Position numbers and translations under genes: made by a program
Source: Alphaproteobacteria bacterium
GTDB lineage: Bacteria > Pseudomonadota > Alphaproteobacteria > UBA828
DNA length: 64,000 nucleotides
Reading direction: 5' to 3'
Assembly: GCA_965237415.1 (NCBI GenBank)
Contig: CBDEFM010000002.1
Location: 2,304,001-2,368,000 of the forward strand
Shown here: piece by piece, positions 44,450 to 56,285 of the stretch
Layout of the letters: each line of letters begins with the position of its first letter
Position numbering within the stretch: position 1 is the first letter of the stretch
The notes under the pieces: model-generated
Seen by the model: only the letters and a program-made list of their open reading frames with translations
What the model was told of the DNA's origin: nothing
Databases searched by the model: none

Positions 44450-44766
44450 CGGTGCGCGATCTGGCGCACGCCCGCGCCGGCGACAAGGGGCGTTCGGTCA
44501 ACATCTCGGTCATCGCCTACGACGAGGCGGGCTACGAGCGGCTTCTGCGCGAACTCACCGAGGCGCGAGTGGCGTCGGCCTTCGCGTCGCTGGCGGAGGG
44601 CCCCGTGCGCCGCTACGCGCTGCCGGGGCTCGGGGCGTTCAACTTCGTCATCGAGCGGGTGCAGGGCGGCGGAGTCACCGCGACCGGCGCGCTCGACATC
44701 CACGGCAAGAGCCTGTCGTCGCTCATGCTCACGATCCCGCTGCCGGGAAACGAGCCCGAGAAGTGA
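44443..44766 (+). CDS. AtuA C-terminal-like small protein (DUF4387-like)
   Basis: LAHARAGDKG..VNISVIA, V.RY.LP, LDIHGKSLS. Confidence 0.75.
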   Translation: MLTVRDLAHARAGDKGRSVNISVIAYDEAGYERLLRELTEARVASAFASLAEGPVRRYALPGLGAFNFVIERVQGGGVTATGALDIHGKSLSSLMLTIPLPGNEPEK

Positions 44767-44775
44767 GTGCGTCGG

Positions 44776-45219
44776 TCAGCCCGCCGTATCGATCCAGATC
44801 GTGACCGGGCCGTCATTGACGAGTTGGACCTGCATGACCTGTCCGAAGCGCCCGGTTGAGACGGGCACCCCGTGCTCGGCGAGGGAGGCTGTGAAGAGCT
44901 CGTAGAGCCGCAGGCCTTCGTCTGGCGGCGCGGCGCGCGAGAAGCCCGGGCGGTTGCCGCGGCTCGTGTCGGCGGCGAGGGTGAACTGGCTGACGACAAG
45001 GGCGCTCCCGCCGCTCGCCAGGATCGAGAGGTTCATCTTGCCGGGCTCGCTCTCGAAGATGCGCAGGTTGGCGATCTTGCGCGCGAGCAACCGGGCCTCG
45101 TCGTCGCCGTCGCCCTGCATGGCGCAGACGAGAATCAGCATGCCGTTGCCGACCTCGCCGACCGTCTCCCCGGCAATATCGACGCGGGCCTCGGCGACCC
45201 GCTGGATGAGCGCCCTCAT
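44776..45219 (-). CDS. dtd: D-aminoacyl-tRNA deacylase
   Basis: [12 protein letters not shown]...GKMN.S, VSQFTL, NDGPVT. Confidence 0.92.
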   Translation of the reverse strand: MRALIQRVAEARVDIAGETVGEVGNGMLILVCAMQGDGDDEARLLARKIANLRIFESEPGKMNLSILASGGSALVVSQFTLAADTSRGNRPGFSRAAPPDEGLRLYELFTASLAEHGVPVSTGRFGQVMQVQLVNDGPVTIWIDTAG

Positions 45220-45509
45220 GGGTCGAGCGGCGCGTAGTAGGTGCGGACGGGCTCTTCGGCGAGCAGTGCCAGAAAGTCGTCCAGGCCGCCGGCCTCCTGC
45301 AGCGCGGCGAGGTTGGCCTTGTGAGTTTCCGCCGAGGTCCATTCCTCAAGGAGGACGACGCGATCCGGGTCAGTGGCGTCTACCGCTATCTCGATGCGAG
45401 AGCAGCCGTCCATCCCGGTGTCCTCGCCCACAAAGGGCGCAAGCATGTCCGTAACCTCTTTGCCTTTTCCCGGTTTCGCCGCGGCCCGCACCAGCACCAG
45501 AACAGCCAT
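45216..45509 (-). CDS. Antibiotic biosynthesis monooxygenase (ABM)-family protein
   Basis: [21 protein letters not shown]. Confidence 0.7.
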   Translation of the reverse strand: MAVLVLVRAAAKPGKGKEVTDMLAPFVGEDTGMDGCSRIEIAVDATDPDRVVLLEEWTSAETHKANLAALQEAGGLDDFLALLAEEPVRTYYAPLDP

Positions 45510-45585
45510 CGTCGCGCCCCTCCCGATTGCGGCCACGCGGCCACCGTGTACCATCGGCCCGGCCGAGGGCAAGCGGAGAAGGCCG

Positions 45586-46995
45586 GTGACAAGCCGACCT
45601 GCGACGGATGACGCGCCCGGCGCCACGCTCCGGCTGGGGCACTGGGTCGCCGAGGCACCGCAGGCGTGGAGCGAGGAAGCGCAGCGCCGGGCAAGCGGCG
45701 CCTTCGTGGATACCGCCGCCTGCATGTTGGCGGGTGCGGACGATGCCGCGCCGCGCGCGGCCTATGACGCGGTGTCGCGGTGGGGTGCGGGTGGCGCGGT
45801 CGTCGCGGGCACGCCGCATCGGCTCGCGGCACCCTGGGCTGCGCTCGTCAACGGCACGGCGGCCCATGCGCTCGACTACGACGATGTGCTGGAGATCAGC
45901 AACGCGCACGTCAGCGCCGTACTGGTGCCCGCTCTGCTGGCGCTTGGGCAGGAACGCGGCGCCGACGGCGCGGCCTGCGTGGATGCGTTCATCGTGGGCG
46001 TCGAGGTCATGGCCCGGCTCGGCGAGGCGCTCAACATGACCCACTACTTCAAGGGCTGGCACACCACGTCGACCCTGGGGGCGCCCGCGGCGGCTGCGGC
46101 TTGCGCCCGGCTGCTCCGCCTCGACGCCGCGAAGACCACCGCCGCGCTCAGCCTCGCCACCAGTTTCGCCTCCGGCGCCAAGCGCCAGTTCGGCACCATG
46201 ACGAAGCCGCTCCATGCCGGGCTCGCGGCCAAGAACGGGATCATGGCGGCGGTGCTCGCCGAGTCCGGTGTCAGCGCCGCGACGGACGCCTACGAGGGCG
46301 AGCGCGGCTTCGTCGCGCTCTTCGCAGGCGTCCCGTGCGAGCGGCTGGAGGCGGCAGTCGCGGATTTCGACGGGCCGCCCGCGATCGAGCGCCACGGCCT
46401 CTGGCAGAAATACTATCCCTGCTGCGCCAGCGCCCACCGCCCTCTCGACGCCCTGCTCGCGCTTTATGACGACGGCGGGATGACGCCGCAGGCAGTGGCC
46501 GAGATCGATGCGCTGCTGCCGGAGATCGCGGTGCAGAACCTGCCTTACGACGCCCCTGCCGATGCCATGCAGGCGCGCTTCAGCCTCCACTATCTGCTGG
46601 CGAGCGCATTGATCGATGGGCGCCTCGCGCTCGACGCCTTCAGCGGCCAGGCGCTCGCCCGGCCCGCCGTCCGCGCGCTGCTGCCCAGGATTTGCATGCG
46701 CCCGGACCCGGATCAGCCAGGCGATGCCAATGTCGACGAGGTGCCCCAGCGGGCGACGGTCACGGTGCGGCTTGCTGGCGGCGGTGAGCGCGCGAGGACG
46801 GTCCGCGAGCCAAGGGGCCACCCGCGCCGGCCCCTCGGCCGCGATGCGCTCCATGCCAAGTTCGTGGACTGCGCATCGCGGGCCCTGCCGGCGGCAGCGC
46901 ACGACGAGGCGTTCGAGGCGCTTGACGGGATCGCCGGGGCGCGCAGCCTGGATGCGATCGCAGGCAAAATCGGAGCGGGCCATGGCCAAGGATGA
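45586..46995 (+). CDS. MmgE/PrpD-family protein
   Basis: NGTAAHALDYDD, GWHTT, GTMTKPLHAG, KYYPCC, ARFS; start codon uncertain. Confidence 0.85.
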   Translation: MTSRPATDDAPGATLRLGHWVAEAPQAWSEEAQRRASGAFVDTAACMLAGADDAAPRAAYDAVSRWGAGGAVVAGTPHRLAAPWAALVNGTAAHALDYDDVLEISNAHVSAVLVPALLALGQERGADGAACVDAFIVGVEVMARLGEALNMTHYFKGWHTTSTLGAPAAAAACARLLRLDAAKTTAALSLATSFASGAKRQFGTMTKPLHAGLAAKNGIMAAVLAESGVSAATDAYEGERGFVALFAGVPCERLEAAVADFDGPPAIERHGLWQKYYPCCASAHRPLDALLALYDDGGMTPQAVAEIDALLPEIAVQNLPYDAPADAMQARFSLHYLLASALIDGRLALDAFSGQALARPAVRALLPRICMRPDPDQPGDANVDEVPQRATVTVRLAGGGERARTVREPRGHPRRPLGRDALHAKFVDCASRALPAAAHDEAFEALDGIAGARSLDAIAGKIGAGHGQG

Positions 46996-48007
46996 CCCGG
47001 TGGCGACGGAGGCCGCCGAGAGGGCGCGGGCCTTCACTCAAGGCTCGACGGTGTTCGACTGCCTCGGGCTCTTCTACGTGCTCGACGAGCCCTATGCGAC
47101 GCGCTGCCTGGAGGCCGGCGTCAACGTCTGCAACGTGACCTTCGCGCTGGAGAGCACGTGGGACCAGACCATGAGCGCGGTCGACGAGGGGTTCGCCAAG
47201 ATCGAAGCCAGTCCCGTGCTCGCGCTCGCCCGTAACACGGTGGAGATCGAGGCGGCGATGGCGGCGGGCCGGCTCGCGGTTATTCCCGGCACCCAGGGCT
47301 CCAGCATGATCGGCAAGGAGCTCGCGCGGGTCGGCATCCTCGCCAGGCTCGGGTTCCGCTTCTTCGGCCTCGCCTACACCGGCGCCACCCTCTTCGCCGA
47401 CGGTTGCGGCGAGAAGCGCGACGCGGGGCTCAGCTTCCTCGGCGAGGAGCTGATCGCGGCGGTGAACGAGACGGCGATGATCCTCGACCTCTCCCACACC
47501 GGCCACCGCTCGCGGGCCGAGGCGGTGCCGCTCGCCCGCGCGCCGGTCTGCACCCATTCCAACGCCTGGCACCACGTGCCGAACGACCGCAACACCAAGG
47601 ACGAGACGGTGCGCGCGATCTGCGCCAAGGGCGGCATGATGGGCGCCTGCTGCCTGCCGCTTTCGGTGAGCCCGTTGGACCAGACCCTCGACCACCTGAT
47701 CGACCACATCGACCACTTCAAGGCGCTGGTCGGCGCGGAGCACATCGGCATCGGGCTCGACTTCACCGAGGCCTATCAGGAGTCCGAGACCGTGCTGCCG
47801 GAATCGATCCGCTGGCGCACGCTCCGGCCCGACATCTTCGGCACGGTGGACGCCTTCGTAACCCAGCGCTATCCGGAGGGTCTGGGAGGTATTCGCGAGC
47901 TACCCAATCTCGCAGGGCGGATCTTCGAGCGGGGTTACGGGGAGGATGAGGTAGCCGGAATCCTCGGCGCGAACTGGCTCCGCACCTTCACCCGCTTCGT
48001 GGGCTGA
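46982..48007 (+). CDS. Membrane dipeptidase (M19)-family amidohydrolase
   Basis: D.GLS..G, DLSH, THSN, RN.KDE, HIGIGLDF, ILGANW. Confidence 0.8.
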   Translation: MAKDDPVATEAAERARAFTQGSTVFDCLGLFYVLDEPYATRCLEAGVNVCNVTFALESTWDQTMSAVDEGFAKIEASPVLALARNTVEIEAAMAAGRLAVIPGTQGSSMIGKELARVGILARLGFRFFGLAYTGATLFADGCGEKRDAGLSFLGEELIAAVNETAMILDLSHTGHRSRAEAVPLARAPVCTHSNAWHHVPNDRNTKDETVRAICAKGGMMGACCLPLSVSPLDQTLDHLIDHIDHFKALVGAEHIGIGLDFTEAYQESETVLPESIRWRTLRPDIFGTVDAFVTQRYPEGLGGIRELPNLAGRIFERGYGEDEVAGILGANWLRTFTRFVG

Positions 48008-48035
48008 GCCCGACCGCCGCCGGCCGCATCGCGCA

Positions 48036-50411
48036 TCAGCCCAGGCGCGTGACTTCGCAAAGATACGAGCGGTGCGGCACCGAGCCGGAGATCGGGTCCG
48101 TGTCCTGATTGCCGATGACCGCGTTGACGTTGGCGCCGTCTGCGCTCGTCGCGTCGTGGCCCGGCAGATCGAGCGCCGCGCAGGCTTGCCACCAGCCGTG
48201 GGTGGCGCTGACCACGCGCGGGTCGAGGCTCGGCTTGAATGCGGCGCGGGCGCGGGCGGCCCCATGGGGCGTCGTGAGGCGCACCCAGTCGCCGTTCTCG
48301 ATGCTGCGCGCAGCCGCGGCCTCGGGGTGCATCTCGACGGTGGGGTCCGGCTCGCGCCGGCGCAGCGAGGGCATGCCGCGGTGCTGGCTATGGCAATAGT
48401 GAAGCGACTTCGCTGACGTCAGCACCAGCGGGTAGTCGGCGGCGAGGTCGGCCCGGCTCACGGGGCCGATGGCGGGCTCCACATAGTCCGGCAGCGGGGC
48501 CTGGCCCGCCGCGAGCAGCCGTTCGGAGAAGACCTCGACCTTGCGCGACGGTGTCGCGAAGCCCGCCGCCTGGCCGTTGCCGCCGGCGTACTTGCGGTAG
48601 CGGGTCTCGTGGTCGACGCGCACGCCGCCGGGCGACTGGCGCAACGCCTCGAGATCGAGGCCCGAGGGGCTCAGCATCTCCCGGTAGGAGGCATCGATGT
48701 CGCCGCCCCAGAACTGATTGGCGAGGCCGAGGCGCTGGGCCAGCTCGAACACGATCCAGACATCGCTCTTCGACTTGCCCAGGGATTCGATGGCCGGTGG
48801 GCGGAGCTGCGCGAAGGCGCTCGCGTCGGCGCCGACCTTGAAGTTCGTGCAAAGCCCCTCGCGCTCGAACGGCGTGTTGACCGGCAGCACGATGTCGGCG
48901 AGCGCGGCCGAGGGCGTCATGAACAGGTCCACATGCACCGCGAAGTCGAGCGCCTTCAGCGCCGCCTCGCCGCGCGCCGTATCCGCGTGGCTCACCAGGA
49001 TGTTGGTGCCGAAACTCACCATGCCCTTGATGGGATAGGGCTCGCCCTCGAGGACCGCACGGTAGAGATCGTCGCTGGTGATCCAGCCCTGCTGCTCGGG
49101 CCCGAGCGGGCGGCCCGCACCGCCCACAGCCTTCGCCATCTGCCGGGGCTCGATCATCTCCCGACCTCTGATGTCGTTGGTCGGGATCGTGTCGAACAGC
49201 ACATTGCCGCCCGGCGCGTCGAAGCTGCCGCTCAGCGCATAGAGGAGCGCGATGGCGCGCGAGGTCTGGCTCGCATTGGTGTGCTGGCCCACGCCGGACC
49301 AGCTGTATGAGGAGACCGCGTCCGCCTCGCCCATCAACCGCGCCGCCGCACGGAGCTGGTCGGCCGGCACCCAGGCGATCTCCTCGACCCGTTCGGGCGT
49401 GAAGGCGCGGCAGCGCTCCCGATAGAGATCGAACGCGGTCCGGCAGGGAATTGCCGCGCCGTCCGCGCCCGCGATTTCGTGGCGTCCGTCGAGCGCAGGC
49501 ACCCCGCCGTCGTAGCGGCCGGCGCCTGAGTCGTAGAGCATCGGCGCGCCCGCCTCCGCATCCCACGCCACCCTGAGCGCCGGGTCTCCGTCCGCACGCA
49601 GGTGGTCGGCGCGGAGCGGGGTGCCGTCGTCGTCGCGCACCAGCAGCGGGCCGTTGGTCCAGTCCCGCATGAAGGCCGCGTCGTAGTGCCCGGCTTCCAG
49701 GAGCAGGTTGGCGAGGCCCAAGGCGAGCGCGCCGTCGCTGCCGGGCCTGACGCGGAGCCACGCATCCGCCTTGACCGCGAGGCCTGCGCGGCGCGGGTCG
49801 ACGACGATGAGCTTGGCGCCGCGCGCCTTGGCCTCGGCGACCCGGCTGGCGTAGGCGAGCCAGGTGGTGCTCGGGTTGTGCCCCCAGAGGACGATGCAAC
49901 CGGCGTTCTGGAAATCCGGCATCGGCGTGTCGACGCCGAAGGTGAGCGCGTAGATGTCGTCACGGTGGAAGTTGCAGATCTCCGTGCCGTAGGGGGCGTT
50001 GGGGCTGCCGTAGGCGTGGCGCAGGCGCTCGATCCAGGGATACGAGTCCTGAATGCCGGTGCCCGACGGCGTGGTGATGGCGAACGCCACACTCTCCGGC
50101 CCGCACTCGGCGGCGAGCCGCTTGAGGTGCCGGGCGGTCTCGTCGAGCGCCTCGTCCCAGCCGATCCGCTCCCACTCGCCCGGCGCGTCTTTCGGTGTGA
50201 CGCGGCGCAGGGGATGCAGCACGCGGTCCTCGTGATAGACCAGCTCCGGCGCCGCCCGCCCCTTGCCGCAGAGCGCCTTACCCGTGGGATGCGAGGGGTC
50301 GGGCTCGACCGCAACCAGGCGGCCGTCCTCGACCACGGAGATGCAGCCGCAGACGGAGGTGCAGAGCGCACAGTAGCCTGGAATCCGCTCGATAGTCGTC
50401 TCGGCCGCCAT
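48036..50411 (-). CDS. Bis-MGD molybdopterin oxidoreductase (DMSO reductase family) catalytic subunit
   Basis: CALCTSVC...LCGKG 4Fe-4S motif, IGWDEAL, RPGSDGAL, ADIVLP, HSQHR, HGWW. Confidence 0.85.
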   Translation of the reverse strand: MAAETTIERIPGYCALCTSVCGCISVVEDGRLVAVEPDPSHPTGKALCGKGRAAPELVYHEDRVLHPLRRVTPKDAPGEWERIGWDEALDETARHLKRLAAECGPESVAFAITTPSGTGIQDSYPWIERLRHAYGSPNAPYGTEICNFHRDDIYALTFGVDTPMPDFQNAGCIVLWGHNPSTTWLAYASRVAEAKARGAKLIVVDPRRAGLAVKADAWLRVRPGSDGALALGLANLLLEAGHYDAAFMRDWTNGPLLVRDDDGTPLRADHLRADGDPALRVAWDAEAGAPMLYDSGAGRYDGGVPALDGRHEIAGADGAAIPCRTAFDLYRERCRAFTPERVEEIAWVPADQLRAAARLMGEADAVSSYSWSGVGQHTNASQTSRAIALLYALSGSFDAPGGNVLFDTIPTNDIRGREMIEPRQMAKAVGGAGRPLGPEQQGWITSDDLYRAVLEGEPYPIKGMVSFGTNILVSHADTARGEAALKALDFAVHVDLFMTPSAALADIVLPVNTPFEREGLCTNFKVGADASAFAQLRPPAIESLGKSKSDVWIVFELAQRLGLANQFWGGDIDASYREMLSPSGLDLEALRQSPGGVRVDHETRYRKYAGGNGQAAGFATPSRKVEVFSERLLAAGQAPLPDYVEPAIGPVSRADLAADYPLVLTSAKSLHYCHSQHRGMPSLRRREPDPTVEMHPEAAAARSIENGDWVRLTTPHGAARARAAFKPSLDPRVVSATHGWWQACAALDLPGHDATSADGANVNAVIGNQDTDPISGSVPHRSYLCEVTRLG

Positions 50412-50444
50412 CACGCCCTCTTGTATTTGTCTCGCCCCGGTTGA

Positions 50445-51632
<1,188 letters not shown>

Positions 51633-51716
51633 TCCCCGCCCGCCCACTCACCCGATCGCCGGGCCGGCAGCGGCCGCGGCGTGTATAATCCAATACCAGG
51701 ACAGGGAAGCATCGCC

Positions 51717-52865
51717 ATGACCGTGGACGGACCGCTCAGCGGCGTCACCGTGATCGACCTGACGCGGGTTCTCGCCGGGCCCTACTGCACCCTGGTGCTC
51801 GCCGATCTCGGCGCCCGCGTGATCAAGGTGGAGACGCCGGGCGGCGGCGACGATTCCCGCACCTTTGGCCCTTTCATCGAGGGGAAGTCCGCCTACTTCA
51901 TGTCGATCAACCGCGGCAAGGAGAGCATCTCCCTCAACCTCAAGGAGGACGGCGACCGCACGGTCTTCGAGGACCTGCTGGCGGGCGCCGACGTGGCGGT
52001 CGAGAACTTCCGCGCCGGCACGATGGAGCGACTCGGCTACGGCTGGGAGGCGCTGCACGCGCGCTTCCCCCGGCTCATCTATGCGGCGTGCTCGGGCTTC
52101 GGCCACACCGGGCCCTACGCCGGTCGGCCGGCCTATGACGTGGTGGTGCAGGCCATGGGCGGCATCATGAGCCTGACCGGCCAGCCCGGCGGGCCGCCGG
52201 CGCGGGTGGGAAGCTCCGTCGGCGATATCGTCGCCGGCCTCTTCACCGCCATCGGCATCAACGGCGCGCTCTACCGGCGGACGACGACGGGCGAAGGCAT
52301 GAAGCTCGACGTCTCCATGCTCGATTGCCAGGTGGCGATCCTGGAGAACGCGCTCGCGCGCTACTTCGCGTCCGGCGAGGTGCCGGGGCCGCTCGGGACA
52401 CGCCATCCCTCGATAGCACCCTTCCAGGCCTACGCGACCGCCGACGGTCACGTCGTCATCTCCGCCGGCAACGACGCGCTCTTCGCGACGCTCTGTGCCG
52501 CGCTGGAGCGGCCGGACCTCGCCGAGGACGCGCGCTTCGCCGACAATGCCGCCCGCAACGCCAATATCGACGCGCTGGAGGCCGAGTTCGAGGCGATCCT
52601 GACGGCGCACCCGACGGCGCACTGGCTCACGGTGCTGGAAGAGGCCGGCGTGCCATGCTCGCCGATCAACAGGGTGGATGACGTGCTCGCCGACCCCCAG
52701 GTGGCGGCGCGCAACATGGTGATCCGGGCGCTGGACCCGGTCGCAGGCGAGGTGAAGATGGCAGGCAACCCAATCAAGCTCTCCGCCTATCCCGACCCGG
52801 CGGAACGGCCGCCCGCGCCGGAGCTCGACCAGCACCGGCGGGCGATCGTCGGCGGAGACGCATGA
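51717..52865 (+). CDS. Family III CoA transferase (CaiB/BaiF)
   Basis: LAGPYC..LADLGA.VIKVE, NRGKES, ENFR.G, AYD. Confidence 0.9.
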   Translation: MTVDGPLSGVTVIDLTRVLAGPYCTLVLADLGARVIKVETPGGGDDSRTFGPFIEGKSAYFMSINRGKESISLNLKEDGDRTVFEDLLAGADVAVENFRAGTMERLGYGWEALHARFPRLIYAACSGFGHTGPYAGRPAYDVVVQAMGGIMSLTGQPGGPPARVGSSVGDIVAGLFTAIGINGALYRRTTTGEGMKLDVSMLDCQVAILENALARYFASGEVPGPLGTRHPSIAPFQAYATADGHVVISAGNDALFATLCAALERPDLAEDARFADNAARNANIDALEAEFEAILTAHPTAHWLTVLEEAGVPCSPINRVDDVLADPQVAARNMVIRALDPVAGEVKMAGNPIKLSAYPDPAERPPAPELDQHRRAIVGGDA

Positions 52866-55297
52866 TGCGTGCCGCAGCTTCCGGCAGGGGAGGCTGGCGG
52901 CGGAGCTTCAGCCTCAGGCGACTGCGACCGTACTGCGCGGCGTTCGGCGCCGCGGCGCTGCTTGCGTTGCTGCTCGCCGCAGGCTCCTGCTCGTGGTTCG
53001 CCCTCCCCTCCTACGACGGGGCCGAGGAGGTCCTGGGCCTCGATGCGCCGGTGGAGATCGTCCGCGACGCGCACGCGATCCCCCACATCTACGCCCAGTC
53101 GCCGAGGGACGGCGCGTTTGCCATGGGCTATGTCCACGCGCAGGACCGGCTCTGGCAGCTGGAGATGCAGCGCAGGATCGGCCAGGCGCGGCTTGCGGAG
53201 GTCGTGGGCGAGCCCGCCGTTGGGACCGACAAGTTCCTGCGCACGCTCGGCATCTACCGTGTCGCCGAGCGGAATTTCGAGAGGCTCTCTCCGCAAGCGC
53301 AGGCGATCTACGAGGCCTATGCGGCGGGTGTGAACGCCTATCTGGAGTCCCGCTCCGAGCTGCTGCCGCTCGAGTTCCAGCTGCTCGGCCATGAGCCCGA
53401 GCCCTGGCGGCCCGCCGACAGCCTCGTTTGGCTCAAGATGATGGCCTGGGACCTCGGCGACAATTTTAAGGACGAGCTGCTGCGCGCGCGCCTCGCCGGC
53501 AAGCTCGACCGGGCGCAGCTGCAGGACCTCTGGGCCCAGCATCCCGACGACCCCCCCATGGGGCCGCACGGGCAAGCGCCGGACTTCGACCCCGCCGGCA
53601 TCGACTTCGATGCGCTGGCGGCCGCCCTGCCGCTGCAGCGTGCGTCCGGGCTCGGCTCCAACGCCTGGGCGCTGAGCGGCGAACACACGGAATCCGGCAA
53701 GCCGCTGCTCGCCAACGACCCGCACCTGCGCCTCGAGGTGCCGAGCGTCTGGTACCTCGCCCATATCTCGACGCCGGAGTTCGAGGTCGTGGGCGCGACG
53801 CTGCCGGGGATGCCCTTCCCTTTGCTGGGCCGCACCCGCAACCTCGCCTGGGGCTTCACCAACACCGGGCCCGACGTCCAGGACCTCTTCATCGAGCGCA
53901 TCGACCCCGAAGACCCCGCGCGCTACCTCGCGCCGGAAGGGAGCCTGCCCTTCGAGGTCCGCAGCGAGACCATCGAGGTCAGCGGGGGCGATCCCATCGA
54001 GCTTACGGTGCGCGAGACGCGTCACGGGCCGGTGGTCTCCGACGTGCTGGAGAAGAGCGGGGAGTTCCTGGAGGCCGGCCACGTGCTCGCCTTCTCGTGG
54101 ACCGCTTTGGATGACGACGACGTGAGCGCCCAGGCGCTGGTGCAGGGCGTCACGGCCGCGGACTGGCAGGGCTTCGTTGAGGCGCTTCGCGACTTAAGCG
54201 TGCCGCAGCAGACCATCGTCTTCGCCGACAGCGACGGCACCATCGGCTTCGTGGCGCCGGGCCGGGTGCCGATCCGCGCGTCGGGCCAGGGGCACCTGCC
54301 CGCACCGGGCTGGACCGGCAGCCACGACTGGGTGGACCGCGTGCCCTTCGACGCGCTGCCGGGGGACTACAACCCGCCGTCGGGCCGCATCGTCACCGCC
54401 AACAACCGCGTGGTCGCCCACGACTATCCCTACTATCTGACCGACGACTGGACTCCGCCCTACCGCGCGCAGCGGATCGACGCCCTGCTCGACGCCAAGC
54501 CCAAGCACGATGTGGCGAGTTTTTCCGCGATCCAGCAGGACCAGGTCTCGCTCGCGGCGGCGCGGCTTATGCCGGTGCTCCTCGGGTTGGCGGAGCCCTC
54601 GAACGACACCGGGCGCACGGCGCTCGCCATGCTCGGCGAGTGGGACCACACCATGGGGCGGGACAGCACCGAGGCGCTCATCTACATGGCGTGGCTCAGG
54701 GAGCTGATGCACGTGCTCTTCGCCGACGAGCTGGGCGACGTGTTCGAGGACTACTGGAAGATCCGCACCGAGGTCATCCACCGCGCGCTCACCGAGCGCA
54801 CCCAATGGTGCGACAATGAGACGACCGTGCAGCAGGAGACCTGCGCCGAGGCCGTGAGCCGGGCGCTCAAGGTCTCGCTCGAATACCTCGCCGTCACCTA
54901 CGGCCACGACATGGAGGACTGGCGCTGGGGCGAGGCCCACGCGGTCCACATGAAGAGCCGGATCCTCGGCGAGTTTCCGGCCATCGGCTCCTGGTTCGAG
55001 ATCGACATGCCGACGGGCGGGGAGAAGGAGACGGTGAAGGCCGGTGGGTTCGACGTAGCCGACACGACGCGCCCCTTCGCCCAGAACCACGGCGCCGGCT
55101 ACCGCGCGGTCTACGACTTGGCCGAACCGGAACGCTCGGTCTTCGTCATCAGCACCGGGCAATCCGGCAACCCGCTCTCGTCCTACTACGAGGACTACGC
55201 CGAGCCCTGGCGCGACGGCCGCTACCTCCCCATGCTCACCGAGCGTTCGCGAGCGGAGGAGGACGCGCTGGGGACGCTGGTGTTGACGCCGAGGTGA
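52862..55297 (+). CDS. Penicillin acylase-family Ntn hydrolase with N-terminal membrane anchor
   Basis: IPHIYA, HAQDRLWQ, GSNAW, LLANDPHL, GQSGNP. Confidence 0.88.
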   Translation: MMRAAASGRGGWRRSFSLRRLRPYCAAFGAAALLALLLAAGSCSWFALPSYDGAEEVLGLDAPVEIVRDAHAIPHIYAQSPRDGAFAMGYVHAQDRLWQLEMQRRIGQARLAEVVGEPAVGTDKFLRTLGIYRVAERNFERLSPQAQAIYEAYAAGVNAYLESRSELLPLEFQLLGHEPEPWRPADSLVWLKMMAWDLGDNFKDELLRARLAGKLDRAQLQDLWAQHPDDPPMGPHGQAPDFDPAGIDFDALAAALPLQRASGLGSNAWALSGEHTESGKPLLANDPHLRLEVPSVWYLAHISTPEFEVVGATLPGMPFPLLGRTRNLAWGFTNTGPDVQDLFIERIDPEDPARYLAPEGSLPFEVRSETIEVSGGDPIELTVRETRHGPVVSDVLEKSGEFLEAGHVLAFSWTALDDDDVSAQALVQGVTAADWQGFVEALRDLSVPQQTIVFADSDGTIGFVAPGRVPIRASGQGHLPAPGWTGSHDWVDRVPFDALPGDYNPPSGRIVTANNRVVAHDYPYYLTDDWTPPYRAQRIDALLDAKPKHDVASFSAIQQDQVSLAAARLMPVLLGLAEPSNDTGRTALAMLGEWDHTMGRDSTEALIYMAWLRELMHVLFADELGDVFEDYWKIRTEVIHRALTERTQWCDNETTVQQETCAEAVSRALKVSLEYLAVTYGHDMEDWRWGEAHAVHMKSRILGEFPAIGSWFEIDMPTGGEKETVKAGGFDVADTTRPFAQNHGAGYRAVYDLAEPERSVFVISTGQSGNPLSSYYEDYAEPWRDGRYLPMLTERSRAEEDALGTLVLTPR

Positions 55298-55386
55298 GGG
55301 GTGTGCTGCGCAGGTTCTTGCCCATGGTCGTGCATTCTCGCACTATGGACCGCAAGAATACTTGATTGCGGCGGAGAGGGTGACTA

Positions 55387-55401
55387 GAACATTCTAGGTA
55401 C
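55387..55401 (+). promoter_or_regulatory. Candidate alphaproteobacterial LexA box GAAC-N7-GTAC, overlapping the palindrome CTAGAACATTCTAG
   Basis: GAAC ATTCTAG GTAC, about 33 bp upstream of the 67-aa ORF. Confidence 0.45.
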
Positions 55402-55433
55402 ATTGGAATCTTCAGAGGAGGGGAGGAGACGAG

Positions 55434-55637
55434 ATGGCAGAGCGAAAGGCAGCCCTCGAGCGCGCACCGGAGCGACCCCGGCTGCGGACACTCCTTGATG
55501 ACGCGAAGACAGTCACGGTGACGGACGCTGAGTTGCGGGCACAGCGTGCGAGCTTCGTATACGGTAATGCACCAAAGGGGTCCCGTATCACAAAGGACTC
55601 TGCCACCAAGTCGGTTGATCGGATTCGCGTTCGGTAG
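55434..55637 (+). CDS. Small hypothetical protein, candidate Fic antitoxin/partner
   Basis: Strong RBS (GAGGAG), 67 aa, directly upstream of fic; QRASFVYGN segment. Confidence 0.6.
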   Translation: MAERKAALERAPERPRLRTLLDDAKTVTVTDAELRAQRASFVYGNAPKGSRITKDSATKSVDRIRVR

Positions 55638-55685
55638 GAGTGGGCATGACGTACAATGCCTTGGTAACGGTCAGGTATTTTCTAA

Positions 55686-56285
55686 ATGTTTATATTGGAA
55701 AAAGAAAACCCCGAACTGTATGATAGAGTTCAAGAGCAAAACCTTAACCGACAATACGAGCTCCTCACGAATTGCGTCGAAATTGGACTTATGAAGGGCC
55801 CGGTCTCTTTCGACAAGTATCTTCTTTGGGCGCTAAATCATGCAGCAGTAGCAAATATTTCTCAGTTTGGAGGACGATTTCGTAAGGAGCCGATTTATGT
55901 TGGAAATCACAAACCTCCACACTTCAATGATGTTTCGGACTGGATGGACCGATGTATTTCCACCATTCAAGAGAATTGGTACATATGGACTGAAACTCAG
56001 CTGGCAGCATATGGACTTTGGCGATTAAACTGGATACACCCTTTCATAGAGGGCAACGGGAGAACTGCTCGTGCCGCATGCTACTTCCTTTTGTGCGTGA
56101 GGTCGGGCTGTCTGCTGCCGGGAACCAAAATTGTTCCAGAGAGGATAAGGGAGAGCAGGGAATCATATGAGGCAGCACTAACCGCTGCTGATCGAGCTTG
56201 GGATGACGGGCATCTCGATTTTAGGGAAATGGAGGAATATCTCGCTAATTTGCTCCAGGAACAGCTTGAGGAAGCTCTGAGTTAA
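55686..56285 (+). CDS. Fic-domain protein
   Basis: Canonical HPFIEGNGRTAR motif; much lower GC than its flanks. Confidence 0.88.
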   Translation: MFILEKENPELYDRVQEQNLNRQYELLTNCVEIGLMKGPVSFDKYLLWALNHAAVANISQFGGRFRKEPIYVGNHKPPHFNDVSDWMDRCISTIQENWYIWTETQLAAYGLWRLNWIHPFIEGNGRTARAACYFLLCVRSGCLLPGTKIVPERIRESRESYEAALTAADRAWDDGHLDFREMEEYLANLLQEQLEEALS

